Origin: Felis catus
Lineage: Eukaryota
DNA: 64,000 nt
Direction of reading: 5' to 3'
NCBI RefSeq assembly: GCF_018350175.1
Contig: NC_058384.1
Location: forward strand, 67,146,001-67,210,000
Below, one piece after another: positions 12,201 to 24,245 of the stretch. The notes under the pieces were generated by a model that made no database searches, had not been told where the DNA came from, and saw only the letters and a list, made by a program, of their open reading frames with translations. A program made the position numbers and the translations under genes. How positions within the stretch are numbered: the first letter of the stretch is position 1; each line of letters opens with the position of its first letter.

Positions 12201-14446
12201 GCTGCGGAACCCAGCACGCTCACACGTGTGTCCTCAGAGGGCAGAGCAGGGGGACCCAGGAAGAGGCAGGGCTCCCTGCCTGGAAGGAGGGGACAGAGGA
12301 GAGCTGGTTTGTCAGGCTCCTGGGGAAGCACGCCTTCTTGGGGAAGCCCCTGGACTTCTAGCCAAAGCATCCACCTCATTTCACAACAAACCCGGAGGTG
12401 AGCAACAAATATAAATACAATACAAAGCCAGCCTCTCTTTTTAGCGTGGGAAGAGGCATGGACCCACGGAAAAGAAGGTATCCATCTCCTTTCCTGCCTC
12501 ATTTGCGAAGGCAGAGAGAGGAGCTGAGGCCAAGGTAGAGGTAGGTGCTTGGAGGAAACAGGTGGTGGTGATGGTGCTCGAAGGTCAGACCCTACGGCGC
12601 CCAGGGGTGACCCGCTACCTCTCCCCCTGCTCCTGGGCGTGCAGAGGCCTCTGGGAAATCGCCTGGGAGGCATGTGAAGGGCAGAGTCTTGGAGGCAGCA
12701 GGTGGACAGCCTGCAGGGGGGGCAAGACCTTGCTGTGCCAGGCTGGCCTGGCTTCTGAGGGGGGAAGGGGGCGGCCCCAGAGTTTTAAGCAGGGATCCGT
12801 GCAGTCAGACTTGATTTAGAAAGGCCCCGGGGAAGGGGTCTGGGGCAGGCGCATACTCCAGGGCTGAGTTCTAAGAACCTGTCAAAGAAACTGTTGGGAA
12901 TGATGAGCCCAGATCCCGGGCTCTCGGCAGGGACTTCCCAGCAGGGACCCCAAGGACCGTAGGCGGCCTGACATCTTGCCCGGGGTCCTCCCTGGCCCCC
13001 CCCCCACCCCGGCCCACCCCGGCAGGCCTCACCAATCATGGCAAAGAGGTCCGAATGGTAGACGGAGCCCTGACGATGCTTGCTCTTCTCCAGTTGGGGC
13101 CTGTAGAGGACCCGGGACAGGACCAGCCCGAAGTAGGCCCCAAAGGTGTGGATGGTCATGGACCCTCCCGCATCCTTCACCTGGGGAGGGGGCGCGGAGG
13201 TGGGTGGCCGGCCCTCTGCGCCCCCCGCCCGCCCCCACTGACCCGTGCTCTCCCTGCTCGGGGCCTGGCCCTGGCCCTCGCCACCCCTCACCCCTGCCCC
13301 ACCCGACTCACCCCCAGGAGACTAAGGAGCACGAACTCGTTGACGCCAAATAGCAGCACCTCCAGCAGGGCCATGAGCAGCAGCTGGGCCGGCCCCGTCT
13401 TGCCCAGGACGGCACCGAAGGAGATGAGCACGGCAGCGGCACAGAAGTCCGCGTTGATCATGCTGGGGACCGGGGGTGTGACGCAAGGGTGAGAGGGGTG
13501 GGGAGGGCAGCCCCACGGCCGGGGCGGCGGCGGGGGGGGGGGAAGGGGTCTCGACGCAGCCTGGGGAGGTTCTGTGCCGTGGACCGCACGGCCCGCGAGG
13601 GGTGTGAGAACCAGATCCCGAGCCCTGCCCTGGGGGTGGCAGTGCGGACGGGCAGGGCGCTGGACACGGTCTACGGAGGCAGGCCCGGGGCTGGAGGGCC
13701 GGCTCCCCCGGGGGCAGGGGATGGGGCGGGGAGGGGGGAGCCGGGGAGGCGGCCGCTGCCCACCTCTGCACGCCAACATGGATGTGGCCGCCGTGCAAGG
13801 AGTGGAAGAAGCCCTGGATGAGTGTGGACCACTGCAGGGCGAAGGCGGCCAGGAGGAAGGTGAAGCCGATGCTGCTGAAGCCGTACCGCTGCAGGAAGGC
13901 CATGAGGAAGCCGAAGCCCACACACACCATGACGTGCACGTCCTGGAAACCTGCGGGGGCATCCGGGCCGCTCGGCCACCGCCGTCCAAGCAGCCGCCCG
14001 GCCGGTGCCCCTGGTTCTCGCCAGCCAGGGCCACCGCCTCCGGGCTGGAGCCGGGCCTGGGAAACTCCCCAGGTGTGGCGGGGCCTCCCAGCCTGGGGTG
14101 CCCGGGCAGAGCTGGCCGGCTGGGGGCAGCGGGACCCACGCCGGTCCCGCTGTCCCCGTGTCTCCCGCCCTGTCCTTGGGTCTCCTACAACCGACCGGCG
14201 GGACGTCCTGCCCGCGCTCCCTCCGGCTGCAGTTCCTGCCCCTCCGTGCTCAAAATCATCTTCTTCGGGCTCCTTTCAAGTTTCCCTTTCTGCTGGGAAG
14301 TCCTTCCTGATGTCTAACCTCCATCCCTCATACTTCAGAATCTATACCTCTCCGTTTTGAGGATTTTAAGGGTTTGGGGTTTTTTTTTGTTATGTTTATT
14401 TTTGAGAGAGAAAGAAACAGTGCATGAGCAGGAAAGGGGCAGGGAA

Positions 14447-14478
<32 letters not shown>

Positions 14479-14763
14479 TCCAAAGCAGACTCCAGGCTCC
14501 AAGCTGTCAGCACAGAGTCTGATGTGGGGCTTGAACTCACGAACCGCGAGATCATGAGCTGAGCGGAAGTCAGACGCTTAACCAATTGAGCCGCCCAGGT
14601 GCCCCGAGAATTTTAAGGTTTTTAAAAATAATTTATGAAATAGCCTTAATTTTTTTATCAAAACTTTTTCTTTATTTTTAGAAAGGGAGAGAGAGTGAGC
14701 ACACAAACTAGGAGAGGGGTAGAAGGAGAGAGACTTTTTTTTTTTTAACATTTATTTATTTTT

Positions 14764-14794
<31 letters not shown>

Positions 14795-17700
14795 CATGAG
14801 CAGGGGAGGGGCAAAGAGAGAGGGAGACACAGAATCCGAAGCAGGATCCAGGCTCTGAGCTGTCAGCACAGAGCCGGATGCGGGGCTCGAACCCACGAAC
14901 CGGGAGGTCATGACCTGAGCAGAAGTCAGAAGTTTAACCGACTGAGCCACCCAGGAGTCCGAGAGACAGAATCTTAAGCAGCCTCCACGCCCAGCACAAA
15001 GCCCAATGTGGGGCTCGATCCCATGGTCCTGGGATCATGACCTGAGCCTAAATCAAGAGTCGGCCATTCAACCCACTGAGCCACCCAGACGCCCCTAATT
15101 TTGTCTTAAATAGCTTTAATTGTTAACAGAGATTACCTCCTTTAATTGTTAACAGAGATTACCTCCGGGAAAGGAGCCGAAGGGAGGCGCAGGGCTGCAG
15201 GGGCACAGCTGAGCCGCAAACCACGCCCCCTGGAGTTGTGTGATAAGGCGGCTCTGGGAAGGGGGATTTTGCTTTTGCATTTGTTTCTTTCTATAATTTG
15301 AATATGTTAATTTTATAGATGCATTAGTTGAAGTCTTTTGTGTGTCAGTGAGGTTTCTGGGCAGGGAGATTGGAGCCTGTTTGCTTTCTATTGTGTATGC
15401 ATAAAAGACCAAGCTAATACACACGATACACAGTAACATTGAGAGTGAGACACATACAAATACCTGCTTCAGTATCAGTTTGTTCCACACGCCTCCCCCG
15501 ATCTTGCAAAAAAGGGTTGAAACATAACCTAGTGTGACAATTCAGCCAGCACATCTGGCCCTGTTCTCTCAGCCTCGGGTCTATGTATAGAGTAAGTCCA
15601 TGCTCTGTCTTTGGCTTTAATTCAGAAATGCTGGAGAAAGGGTATCGTGAGTGCTGTTAGAAATCGGGCAGGGCAAATAAGTTATTGAGAAACAGGGTCA
15701 ACTCTGACCCTAAATTCACTCCCCTTTTACAGCTCCACGTGAGAAATTTCTCTTGGAGCTTAATGCTAGCATATATCACTTCTCCCAGGGAACCCATCTG
15801 AGGTTTACTAAGAGCTCAGGCACCAGGCTCTGGGGAGGGTGCCGGCACCATAGCAGCCACACGCCTGCCCTCACGGAGCCTGGTGGGCAGACGGCAAAGA
15901 ATCGGAGAATCACTCATGTGAGCCTTCCTTGCCTCCGATGAGAACATGTAACCGGCCGCGTTTCCCTTTTCTTCTTGGCTGCCTGGAAGCTCAGAGCTAC
16001 CCTGGCATCGCAACCGAAACAACTGGGGAGGCACTCCCAGTGTCCATTATCTCTATCCCGCCCTCCTGCTTTTATTTTTTCAGACTCATGTTCTTGTTGT
16101 ACACACACACCTCAAATCTCTTGTAGAAAGGGGCAGATCATAAAGAAAAAGGTCATGGTGACTTTTTTCTTTAATCTGAAGAAGCACCTAGCAAGCCAAA
16201 AATTTATTATTGAACTTTAGAATGCCATCAGTAATTTTGAGAGGACCAAACGTTTCTTGCCCTTTTTGTGCTGGGTACTGGCTGACAGGAAGTGAGTTTG
16301 CAAGCCCCTGGCAGAGGCTTGGGTGGGTACTGGGACTGCGGGTCGGCACCTCAGCTGCCGGCCCCAGCTGCCAAAGGGGGGTAAGGGTCTAAAGGTCCAC
16401 TGGCTTTGCTCAATGTCCCGACACTGTGCCCTTTCTCCAGCCCTGTGCACTCCCAAATCACCCAGATCTCCCTTCCCTCAGATCCTAGCACCCAACAGAA
16501 AAGGAGGAGGAGCACTTCTAACTCAGCCCGCAGCCTAAGTTCTTCGAGACCTCTCTGCCTGGCTTCTTTCCTCCTTGCGCCAACAGTAAAGGGGATGCCG
16601 CGTCTGTCCTTTTGTCCAAGGGCAGCAGGGTGGCAAAGGGGGCTGGGTGGCAGGGCTCCCTGTCCCGGACATGCAGAACTGCTCCAGAGCTGGTCATAAC
16701 TGGCAGTAACATTTACGTCTCCCACCCCGGGTTTGTTTGGCATCACAACTCAGTCCCTTGACCTTTCAAATGGAGGCTAAACATTAAGAAAGCTCCTTCA
16801 CTGGGGAGCATTCCACAGACTCTCCATTGGCTGTGGCCACCGACCATGCAGCCTCGGTTGAAGAGAAGACAGAAGCCCTCTAGCGATGCCTACTGCCTCC
16901 CCAACCCCACTGGCTAGCTCCCGAACAAGATAACATGGGGCAAGGGGACAGTTAAGGCTGGATTGTGTGACGGCTGACAAGCCATTTCGCCTCTGTGAGC
17001 CTCGGTTTCCTCATCTGTAAAGTGGGGCTATAAAACGTAAGGAGCAGAGAGTGGTGAGCTGAGGAGGCCCCCTCCCCCGCCCCCCCTCCCCCACCACACT
17101 CTACCCACCCCCGCCTTATGAGGGAGGTGGGCCACATTCTCCCAGAAGAGGTCACCGACCAGTCTGGTCCCTGTCACGTCCCCCTTCCCTGCTTCTTCCA
17201 AGAAGATCCCGATTCCAGCTATCCTAAATCCCTCTCACCAAAAGTAAGGTCTCAGAGGTATGTGACCCAGGACCTGTCCACACTGTTTTCTTAGAACCCT
17301 TTCTCATGTTTGCTTCTGTGTCCCCTGTCACCCTGTCTTTTCTCCTCTTTCTTTCTTTCCATGACTTGCCTCGGGAGGCTTGTGATGTGGGGAAAGGCCA
17401 CAGCTGGGCAGCCAAGAGACCAGGCTCTGGCCTGGCTAACTTGCTGTGTGCTCTTGGGCAGCCCCGTGGCCTCTTTGGCTCTCTCTCTCTCCACATCTGA
17501 GGGGCTCTGAGGGCCCTGCCTGCAGCGACGACAGACCGACCCCGGGAGCAGCAGTGTCCCGGGCACCAGCTGCGCTCTCTTTCATCTCCCGAACCAAAGG
17601 GCAGTGGCTACGCCTCCCTCTGACCCTGACCCCCTTCCCTGGACACAAGGGCAGGGGAAGACCCGGCTCATCAAAGCCCCAGACTCCAGAGACCTCAGGC

Positions 17701-19464
17701 TTCCCTCCACCCCAACCTTCCCCCACACCAGGGTCCCAAGTCCACGGGGATAGAAACCTAGGGCAGCGGAGAGGTAGGATCCCCACTCCCCTCCCCTTAC
17801 CACAGCCCAGGGAGAGCTGAATGCCCAAGGAACCCCCCCCCCCCCCCGCAGCAGAGGGGCGACAGGCGGGGGGCGTTGCGGGGAGACGAGCAGGGCGCGG
17901 AGGCTTGAGTGGGGCCCTTGGAAGAAGCAAACGGAGGACGTGGCAGGCAGCCAGGTCACACCGTGGACAAGAGCTTGCTTCCCTCAGCCTCTGGGCTATT
18001 CCCTCTCAACTCCCTGGCTCTCTGGGCAAATGCAGGACCCAGGGGCCTGCTGTCCCAGCTCCCGGGGCTCACCTTGTGCAGACAGGGCTGAGGTGGAACA
18101 CAAGAGGGAGGAGCTGGAGCCCCTCTGCCGAGGACAGCTGGGGGGCTGGGGGTCTAGCACTTCTTGCTTAGGCCCAAGCCTGCATCTCACTCCCTGTGTC
18201 CTCAGCACCGTGTTGGAGTTGGGACTGGGAGACGGTCGGTTGGGGACAGCCTGCTGCCAGCTCGGTATAGGAAAAGCAGGGTAATAACAGCCTGGGATTT
18301 TATAGGAGACTCTCACACTGTAGGTCTTGTTGGAATGTGCATCCTCCAAACTGAAGCATCCTTCTCCCCATTGCCCAGATGGGAAAAACCGAGGCTGACA
18401 TAAGCCCTACCCAAGCCGTGGTGATTAAATGAGGAGCTGTAGTATCCTGGGTCCCAGCTGCTCAGGGCCTGAGTAGCAAGGTAGGCCCCCAACCTTAGAG
18501 GGAGAGCCTACGGTCCCCCAGCAGGCGGCAGGGGCTCGGCCCTCTCCTTCCTGGGCCTCACCAGCAGACAGGAGAGCTGTGTTGCTTGGGATGCCTGAGT
18601 CTTAGTTCCTTAGCTCTGCCACTCACCCGATGGGCGATCGTGAGCAAGTCACAAGCGTTCTGAGCCTCAGCTTCCTCCCCTATGAAATGGGCCAATGACC
18701 CTGCCATGCTTCCTGCTCAGAGCTGGGGGCAGCTGTTCTGGGCTGTGGTGGGTGGTTGTGTGATCCTCTCTCGGACTCTGGAAGGGCCAGTTTTGAGTGA
18801 CTGGGGCAGGAATGCCTGAGCCCCACCCGCCTTGGCTGCCTTCATAGCTGATACCTGCACTACCACTCCTGCACAGCCCTCCTTCCCTCCCCTGCCCAGG
18901 AGGACTGTCTTTGCCGTGATCAGGGTGGAGCCCCTAGAAAAGGCAGTCGCCCTACGAAGCCCAATGAGGCCAACTGGGGGGGGGGGGTGAGACAAAGGAA
19001 GCAATTAAAGCTCAGATCTGGGCTTGAGTCCCAGCTCCCTCAATTCTGACAGTTCGAACCTGAACCAGCCACTTCGAGTCTCAGTTTCCCCATCTTTGTC
19101 TGCCTGATAGACAAGATGAGACCTGGGACACCGCGGACACCAGCGACAGGGTGTTATTATAAATCTGGGGCACCTTCCTCTCAAAGCCAGAGGGTTGCTC
19201 TCCTAGGAGTAAACGTGGACACCCAAGACACCGCGGAGCCTGGGCTTTTCGCTCCCCGCGCCCTCACCCGCACTCACTTGGGTAGCGAAAGTAAAATTCA
19301 TTGTCCGAGCTACTGCGGTTGCCCGAGTGCCAGAGGGCGGCGTCGGTTTCGGGGTTGTAGCGGACAAAGACCGCAAAGAGGATGGCGGTGGCGCCCTGGA
19401 GGAGGAGGCACAGCAGGGGCAGCTGCAGTCGCCGGCCCGCGGCGCGGCGAGGAGACCCGGCCAT
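9241..19464 (-). CDS. RHBG: Ammonium transporter Rh type B (Rh family B glycoprotein), 10 coding exons, 458 aa
   Basis: Exons (minus strand): 19464-19278, 13950-13764, 13462-13312, 13180-13033, 11621-11455, 11196-11059, 10936-10803, 10480-10359, 9583-9510, 9309-9241. All junctions GT-AG; total 1377 nt. Translation [24 protein letters not shown]...[15 protein letters not shown]...[16 protein letters not shown]...FWPSFN...[13 protein letters not shown]...[15 protein letters not shown]...DTRA*. Shows the Rh/Amt twin-His motifs and the C-terminal FLD and YED motifs. Confidence 0.98.
10174..10192 (-). promoter_or_regulatory. CTCF motif in RHBG intron 8
   Basis: Reverse complement contains CCACCAGAGGGCAGC, in the same orientation as the 8461 site. 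Confidence 0.55.
14385..15095 (-). mobile_element. CAN-SINE cluster in RHBG intron 1: one element at ~14385-14605, plus a younger copy (~14735-14958) nested in an older one (~14660-15095)
   Basis: Reverse-complement SINE bodies; GAGAGAC flanks the nested copy. Confidence 0.88.
15114..15166. repeat. Perfect 26-bp tandem duplication (CTTTAATTGTTAACAGAGATTACCTC x2) in RHBG intron 1
   Basis: Two identical adjacent copies at 15114-15139 and 15140-15165. Confidence 0.93.
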
Positions 19465-19920
19465 GGACGAGGGCTCCGAGTCCCTGGCTCCGTCCGGCTC
19501 CGGCTCCGGGCGCGCGGGACACACGCTCCCGGGCAGGGCCGGCAGGTTCCACTGGCGCCAGGGCCCGCCCACCGGCGCCAGGGCCCGCCCACCGGCGCCA
19601 GGGCCCGCCCACCGGCGCCAGGGCCCGCCCACCGGCGCCAGGGCCCGCCCACCGGCGCCAGGGCCCGCCCACCGGCGCCAGGGCCCGCCCACCGGCGCCA
19701 GGGCCCGCCCACCGGCGCCAGGGCCCGCCCACGCCGAGGCTCAGCCCCCACTCCCACGCCGAGGCTCGGCACCGCCCCGAGATGCAACGCAACGCATCTC
19801 GGAGCCCCAACCCGGTCCCGCGGGTGCGGAACAGGGGCGCCGAGGGCGTGGGCCCGTGGCCTGAGGCGGGGCAAGAGCCGGCGGAGAGGGGGCGTCCGGA
19901 CCCTCTTGTCCTGTCTCCCT
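19200..19920 (-). promoter_or_regulatory. RHBG CpG-island promoter
   Basis: CpG-dense region spanning exon 1 and upstream, with multiple GGGCGG boxes. Confidence 0.75.
19551..19732. repeat. GC-rich minisatellite, 9 x 20 bp (ACCGGCGCCAGGGCCCGCCC), in the RHBG promoter/5' region
   Basis: Directly visible perfect tandem units (the first has one C>T); starts about 87 bp upstream of the RHBG ATG. Confidence 0.97.
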
Positions 19921-22900
19921 TCACCTGGCTGCCCCTGGCTGTCTTCGAGTTGGGACAGGTCCGTGGAAATGGCCCTGGAAAGGCTCCCTGTGTTCTGCCC
20001 TGATGGGGCACAACCGAGGGACCCGGGGTGGCGGGGTTGGGGAAAGGAGAGGCCCCCTCCCCCTCAAACGTAGTGTTAGTTTACAGAATGTGTCCCAAGA
20101 AATAAGAGGCTCTTTAAGGCCCCCGGCCTGGCCGTCCAGGGTAAACACCAGAGAGAGAGAGTTGAGCGGTTACTCAATCTTTTCCCAAGCCAGATGCAAA
20201 ACGGAGGTGCCGTCCAGGTATCGATGATTAACCTGACTGGGGGAGGGGGGTTCTGAGCCCTCACCTCGCCCCAAGCCTCCTAAGCCTCCCAGCTGGGTCT
20301 GCACCCCAGCCAAGCAGCAGCTGGCCACGCTGACAGCTAGGTTCCCTGCACACTTGCACCGGGATAAGGGGCCCGGGGCAGCCTGAACAGCTAGATGCAG
20401 GAGGGTCTTCTCCCCCAGGAGTCAGGAGCCACTGGTAACACAAGCAAGGCCTACATCCACGGAGGGGGTGGGGGTCCTGGGAGACAGTAAGGAGACAGAC
20501 TCACTGACATCTGTGAGCCAGGCTTTGGAGATGAACCACACAACCACAACCCCTCCCTCCAGGAGCCACCGTCCTGTGGGGAGACAGACACCTGGGAGGA
20601 AACCGAATGCCCACCGGAGTGAATGTGTGACCCTAGCAGTTGCAGAGGCCCTAGGGGCCCGGGAGGAGAGCCCACTGTGGTGAGGGTGAGCGCAGGCACA
20701 GACCTGGAGAACTGCTTCCTGGGAGGTATGTCTGCAGGTAGTCTAGAAGGACCGCCTAGAAATGGGGCAAGTGAAGAAGAAAGGGGATATTTCTAGAAGG
20801 GACCTGTGGAGACAGAAGCCTGGCCCTGTGAGTGTCCAGTGTGTTCAGGGACTGAAGCTGGGGGTGGGGAGTCTAGAAAGGCCTCGAAGGCCCTGCTGAG
20901 GCACGCGGCCTCTACCCCGTGGGGGCCGGGTGGCTGGAGGACTCTCACAGGGGGGCGACCCCGCTGCTATCAGTTCTGACACCTGCGTGCCACAGGGGCT
21001 TCAAGGAAGAAAAGCTGAAGGCCGGTCTCTTTGGAGCTGGTGGAAGGGGAGGCTCTCCGTCCACCCTGCTGCCCAGCCCAGTCTGAGGGGGCTACTGTGT
21101 GGGAGGGGCTTGTCCGTGTTAGCAAAGGAGTCCCGGACCCCTGCCGTTCCCAGAAGACGTGGTCTAGGCTCAGAGGGGCCAGCCTCTCCCCCAGAGCAGA
21201 TTCGAAGTGAGCTCCTCCTAGGAATGGCGCTTGCCGGGTCTCACGAAGGGGCGGGGGGTGGGGGGTGATGGTGGAATCCCTGACCCTCCTCCTTGCTTCC
21301 CCGGCTGCCCTTTCTGCAGCCCCTCCCCTCCTCCTCCCCTCCCGCAGTCGGCTTGAGCCTCCAGCCCAGTGCGAACCCTGCGGGACAGCTGGATTCTAGG
21401 CGTCCAGCTTCCTGACCTAAGTAAGCGCCCAGCCAAGCGGGCCCGCGAGGGCAGGGGTCACCTCGATAGCACTGCTCCCAGCCGACCAAGCAGGCTCTCT
21501 GGCCCTCAGTGGCCCCTGGCCCCTGGCCCAGAGGCTCTCTGTCACTACTTGGTCAGCAAGAAGGCTGTTTTTTAGCTCCTTCGGCAGGGGCAGGGGTGGG
21601 GGTGGGAGATGTCTGGTCAGCAGTCTTTGGATAATGATTCTTGGACAATTCATCTGGGGTATCCTTCTAGGCCCAGCCTTCTGCCCCAGGACACAGCTTG
21701 CTTCCTGGGCCCTGTCTGGGAGGGGGGGGGCGCTGCTCTGGGCTGTCCAGGCAGGGTCTGGACAGGCTCTGCCAGGGGAAGAGCCTTCACAAGCTGCAGA
21801 ACCCGAGAGAGCGTCTTCTGGGAGCCTCCTTGCTGATTCCAGCCTCTTTGACCTCTGTCTCACCTGTTGTCTCTCTTAGTCTCTGAATGCCTCTGGATCT
21901 CTGATTTCTCGCTCCTCTGTTGTTCATTCATTCATTCAACAACTGTTTAGTACCAACTCTGGGCCGGGTCCTGGGGCCGTGACCTGAGAGTCTCATCAAA
22001 ATGTGTAACACAGTTGGGTCCTGGAGGCCCCTGGGCCAGGCAGGGTTAACCCTTTATCTACTGGATGTCGAGAAGTCGAGAGGGGGCCCCTGGAAAGGCC
22101 AGAATACCTGGGCCAGTTTGTGGAGGGTAGGTATTTGGGCAACATCTATTTACCAACCTGCATGGAAAGATCGTTCTATTTCAACAACTTCGTGGTACCA
22201 GCTCATGTCACCCCTCGTCCGGCAGAGGGCATGACCCTGACAGTCCTCCCCTTCTGAAGGTTCCCCCCCCCAGCCCACCCCCTCCCCCAAGGGCTCTCCT
22301 GGCGGGCCTCCACCTGTGAGGGCTCCTCTGGCCCATCACCTAGAATGAAGACGCTCCATCCATGGTTTTCTTCTGGAACCCCAAGTGATGTCAGGGCCCT
22401 TGTCTGTTCCCTCTTCCTCCTCTGGCCCTGACTCTGGTGGAATGGGGGGCTTTCTTCCTCCTCCCTCCACCCCAGACTCCCCCAAGAGGCTCCTGACTGT
22501 GTTACCAGCTCCCATCCTGCTGGCTTGGGGTCTGCCCGGTCCCTGACCTTCCTTGTCCAGTCTCCAGCTGGGATCAGCAGGCCTCCTGAAGGGTGGCCAC
22601 GGGGGAACTGCAGTCTGCCGCCTGCACTGGCCCAGCGTGGTCAGGCTGTCCGTGGGGACCGGGGTTCGGGTTACTGAGTAACTCAGGGCTGCTGGAAGCT
22701 GCTTGGCCCTGGGTCACCTCCTCCCGACTCCCTGCTCTCTTGCCTCAGGAATCCCCAAAAGAGCCACCTGGTTCCTTTAGTTCCACTGAGCTATCCCCAG
22801 GGTTATGGGAACAAAGGAGAGAAGTGACAAAGCGCCAGTCTTTAAGACTCTCGTTCGTTCGTTTGTTCGTTCACTCACTACATCTTCAGGGAGGGACCTC

Positions 22901-23771
22901 GGGCAAGTTACTGAGCCCTCTTTGAGTTCGTTTCCTCACCTCTACGAACTGTTTTAAGGATTCTGCACAGTGAATGTGGAGAGTGCTGGGAGCTTCTCAG
23001 CCGTCAACAGATGTGACGATTGTTAGGGTTCTGACGATTGTTAGGGCTGAGCGGAGAGAAGAAGTGACCGTGTCTGGCATACTGTGGGGCACGTGGTGCC
23101 TCTGAGGACAGGAACAGGCAGAGGGGCAGACAGTCTCCATGCATTCTCCTGGCATAGCTGGAGGGGCCAGGGGCCTGGGACAAGCACACTGGGGAAGGGC
23201 CATGAGACCAGCAGCCCCAGCGACACAACAGCTCTCGAACCGAGGAGATTTGGGGAAAGGCAGAGCCTTCCTTCATTCAGCAGACGTACCGAGCACCTGC
23301 TGCGTACCGGGCACTGTGCTTGGGCCAGACAGCCAGCGGAACAAGACAGCCCCTGCCCTCAGGAGGATGTATATGCATAGGTGGTCAGGCTGCAGAGGGC
23401 TGTGATGGGGACAGAGCCTGGGCTCACCCGTGGTGGTGGTGGTCAGGGAGGGCTTCCCGGAGGAAGCAGTGCTCTCTCTGAGATTTGGCCTGATTTCACA
23501 GCTTGGGTGGAGGAGGATCCCTTTCTGGCCAGCACTCTGGTGCGAAGAGAAAAGGGGCTGTGCTAGAGGGCCCCTCGATGCCCTTGTTCTGGGGCTGCGC
23601 AAGCCCCAGGCCTCAGTCTCTCCTGAAGCCACAGGCGCCGTGGGCACCGTGCAGAACACTGTGCTCACAGTCAGGGCTTTCTCCCCCCGGGACTTCGCTG
23701 TGTTGGTGTCCACGCGAAAGGTGGTCAGATCACTCGTGTTTAAGCTTACTTCGTTTGTAAAATAAAAATCA

Positions 23772-23932
23772 GGGGCTCCTGGTGGCTCAGTCTCCCGCTC
23801 TTGATTGTGGCTCAGGTCATGACCTCATAGTGGGTTTGAGCCGGGAGTCTGGCTCTGCCCTATCAGCACAGAGCCTGCATGGGATTCGCCCTCTCCTCTC
23901 TCTCTGCCCCTGCCCTGCTCTCACGTGTGCAT

Positions 23933-23973
<41 letters not shown>

Positions 23974-24245
23974 ATAAGTAAACTTTACAAAATGTGTACT
24001 TAAGACAGATTTTTTAGGGACACCTGGGTGGCTCAGTCAGTTAAGTGACCGACTCTGGATTTTGGCTCAGGTCGTGATCTCACAGTTTGTGAGTTCGTGC
24101 CCCACGTGGGGCTCTGCGCCACTGACAGCGTGGAGCCTGCTTGGGCTTCTCACTCTCCCTCTCTCTCTGTGCCCCTCCCCCTGCTCATGCACATGTGCGC
24201 TCTCTATCAAAATAAATACATAAGCATTAAAAATATAAAAAAATT
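23772..24245 (+). mobile_element. Two CAN-SINEs (~23772-23980 with long (CT)n; ~24017-24245)
   Basis: SINE heads, CT tracts and A-rich tails. Confidence 0.88.

Noticed and set aside
19551-19732. CRISPR-like array
   Set aside because: Contiguous tandem units with no unique spacers, in mammalian DNA; it is a minisatellite.
19116-20073. Multiple long overlapping ORFs (220-295 aa) with repeated peptides
   Set aside because: Artefacts of the stop-free 20-bp GC-rich VNTR and CpG island; only 19464-19278 is RHBG coding.
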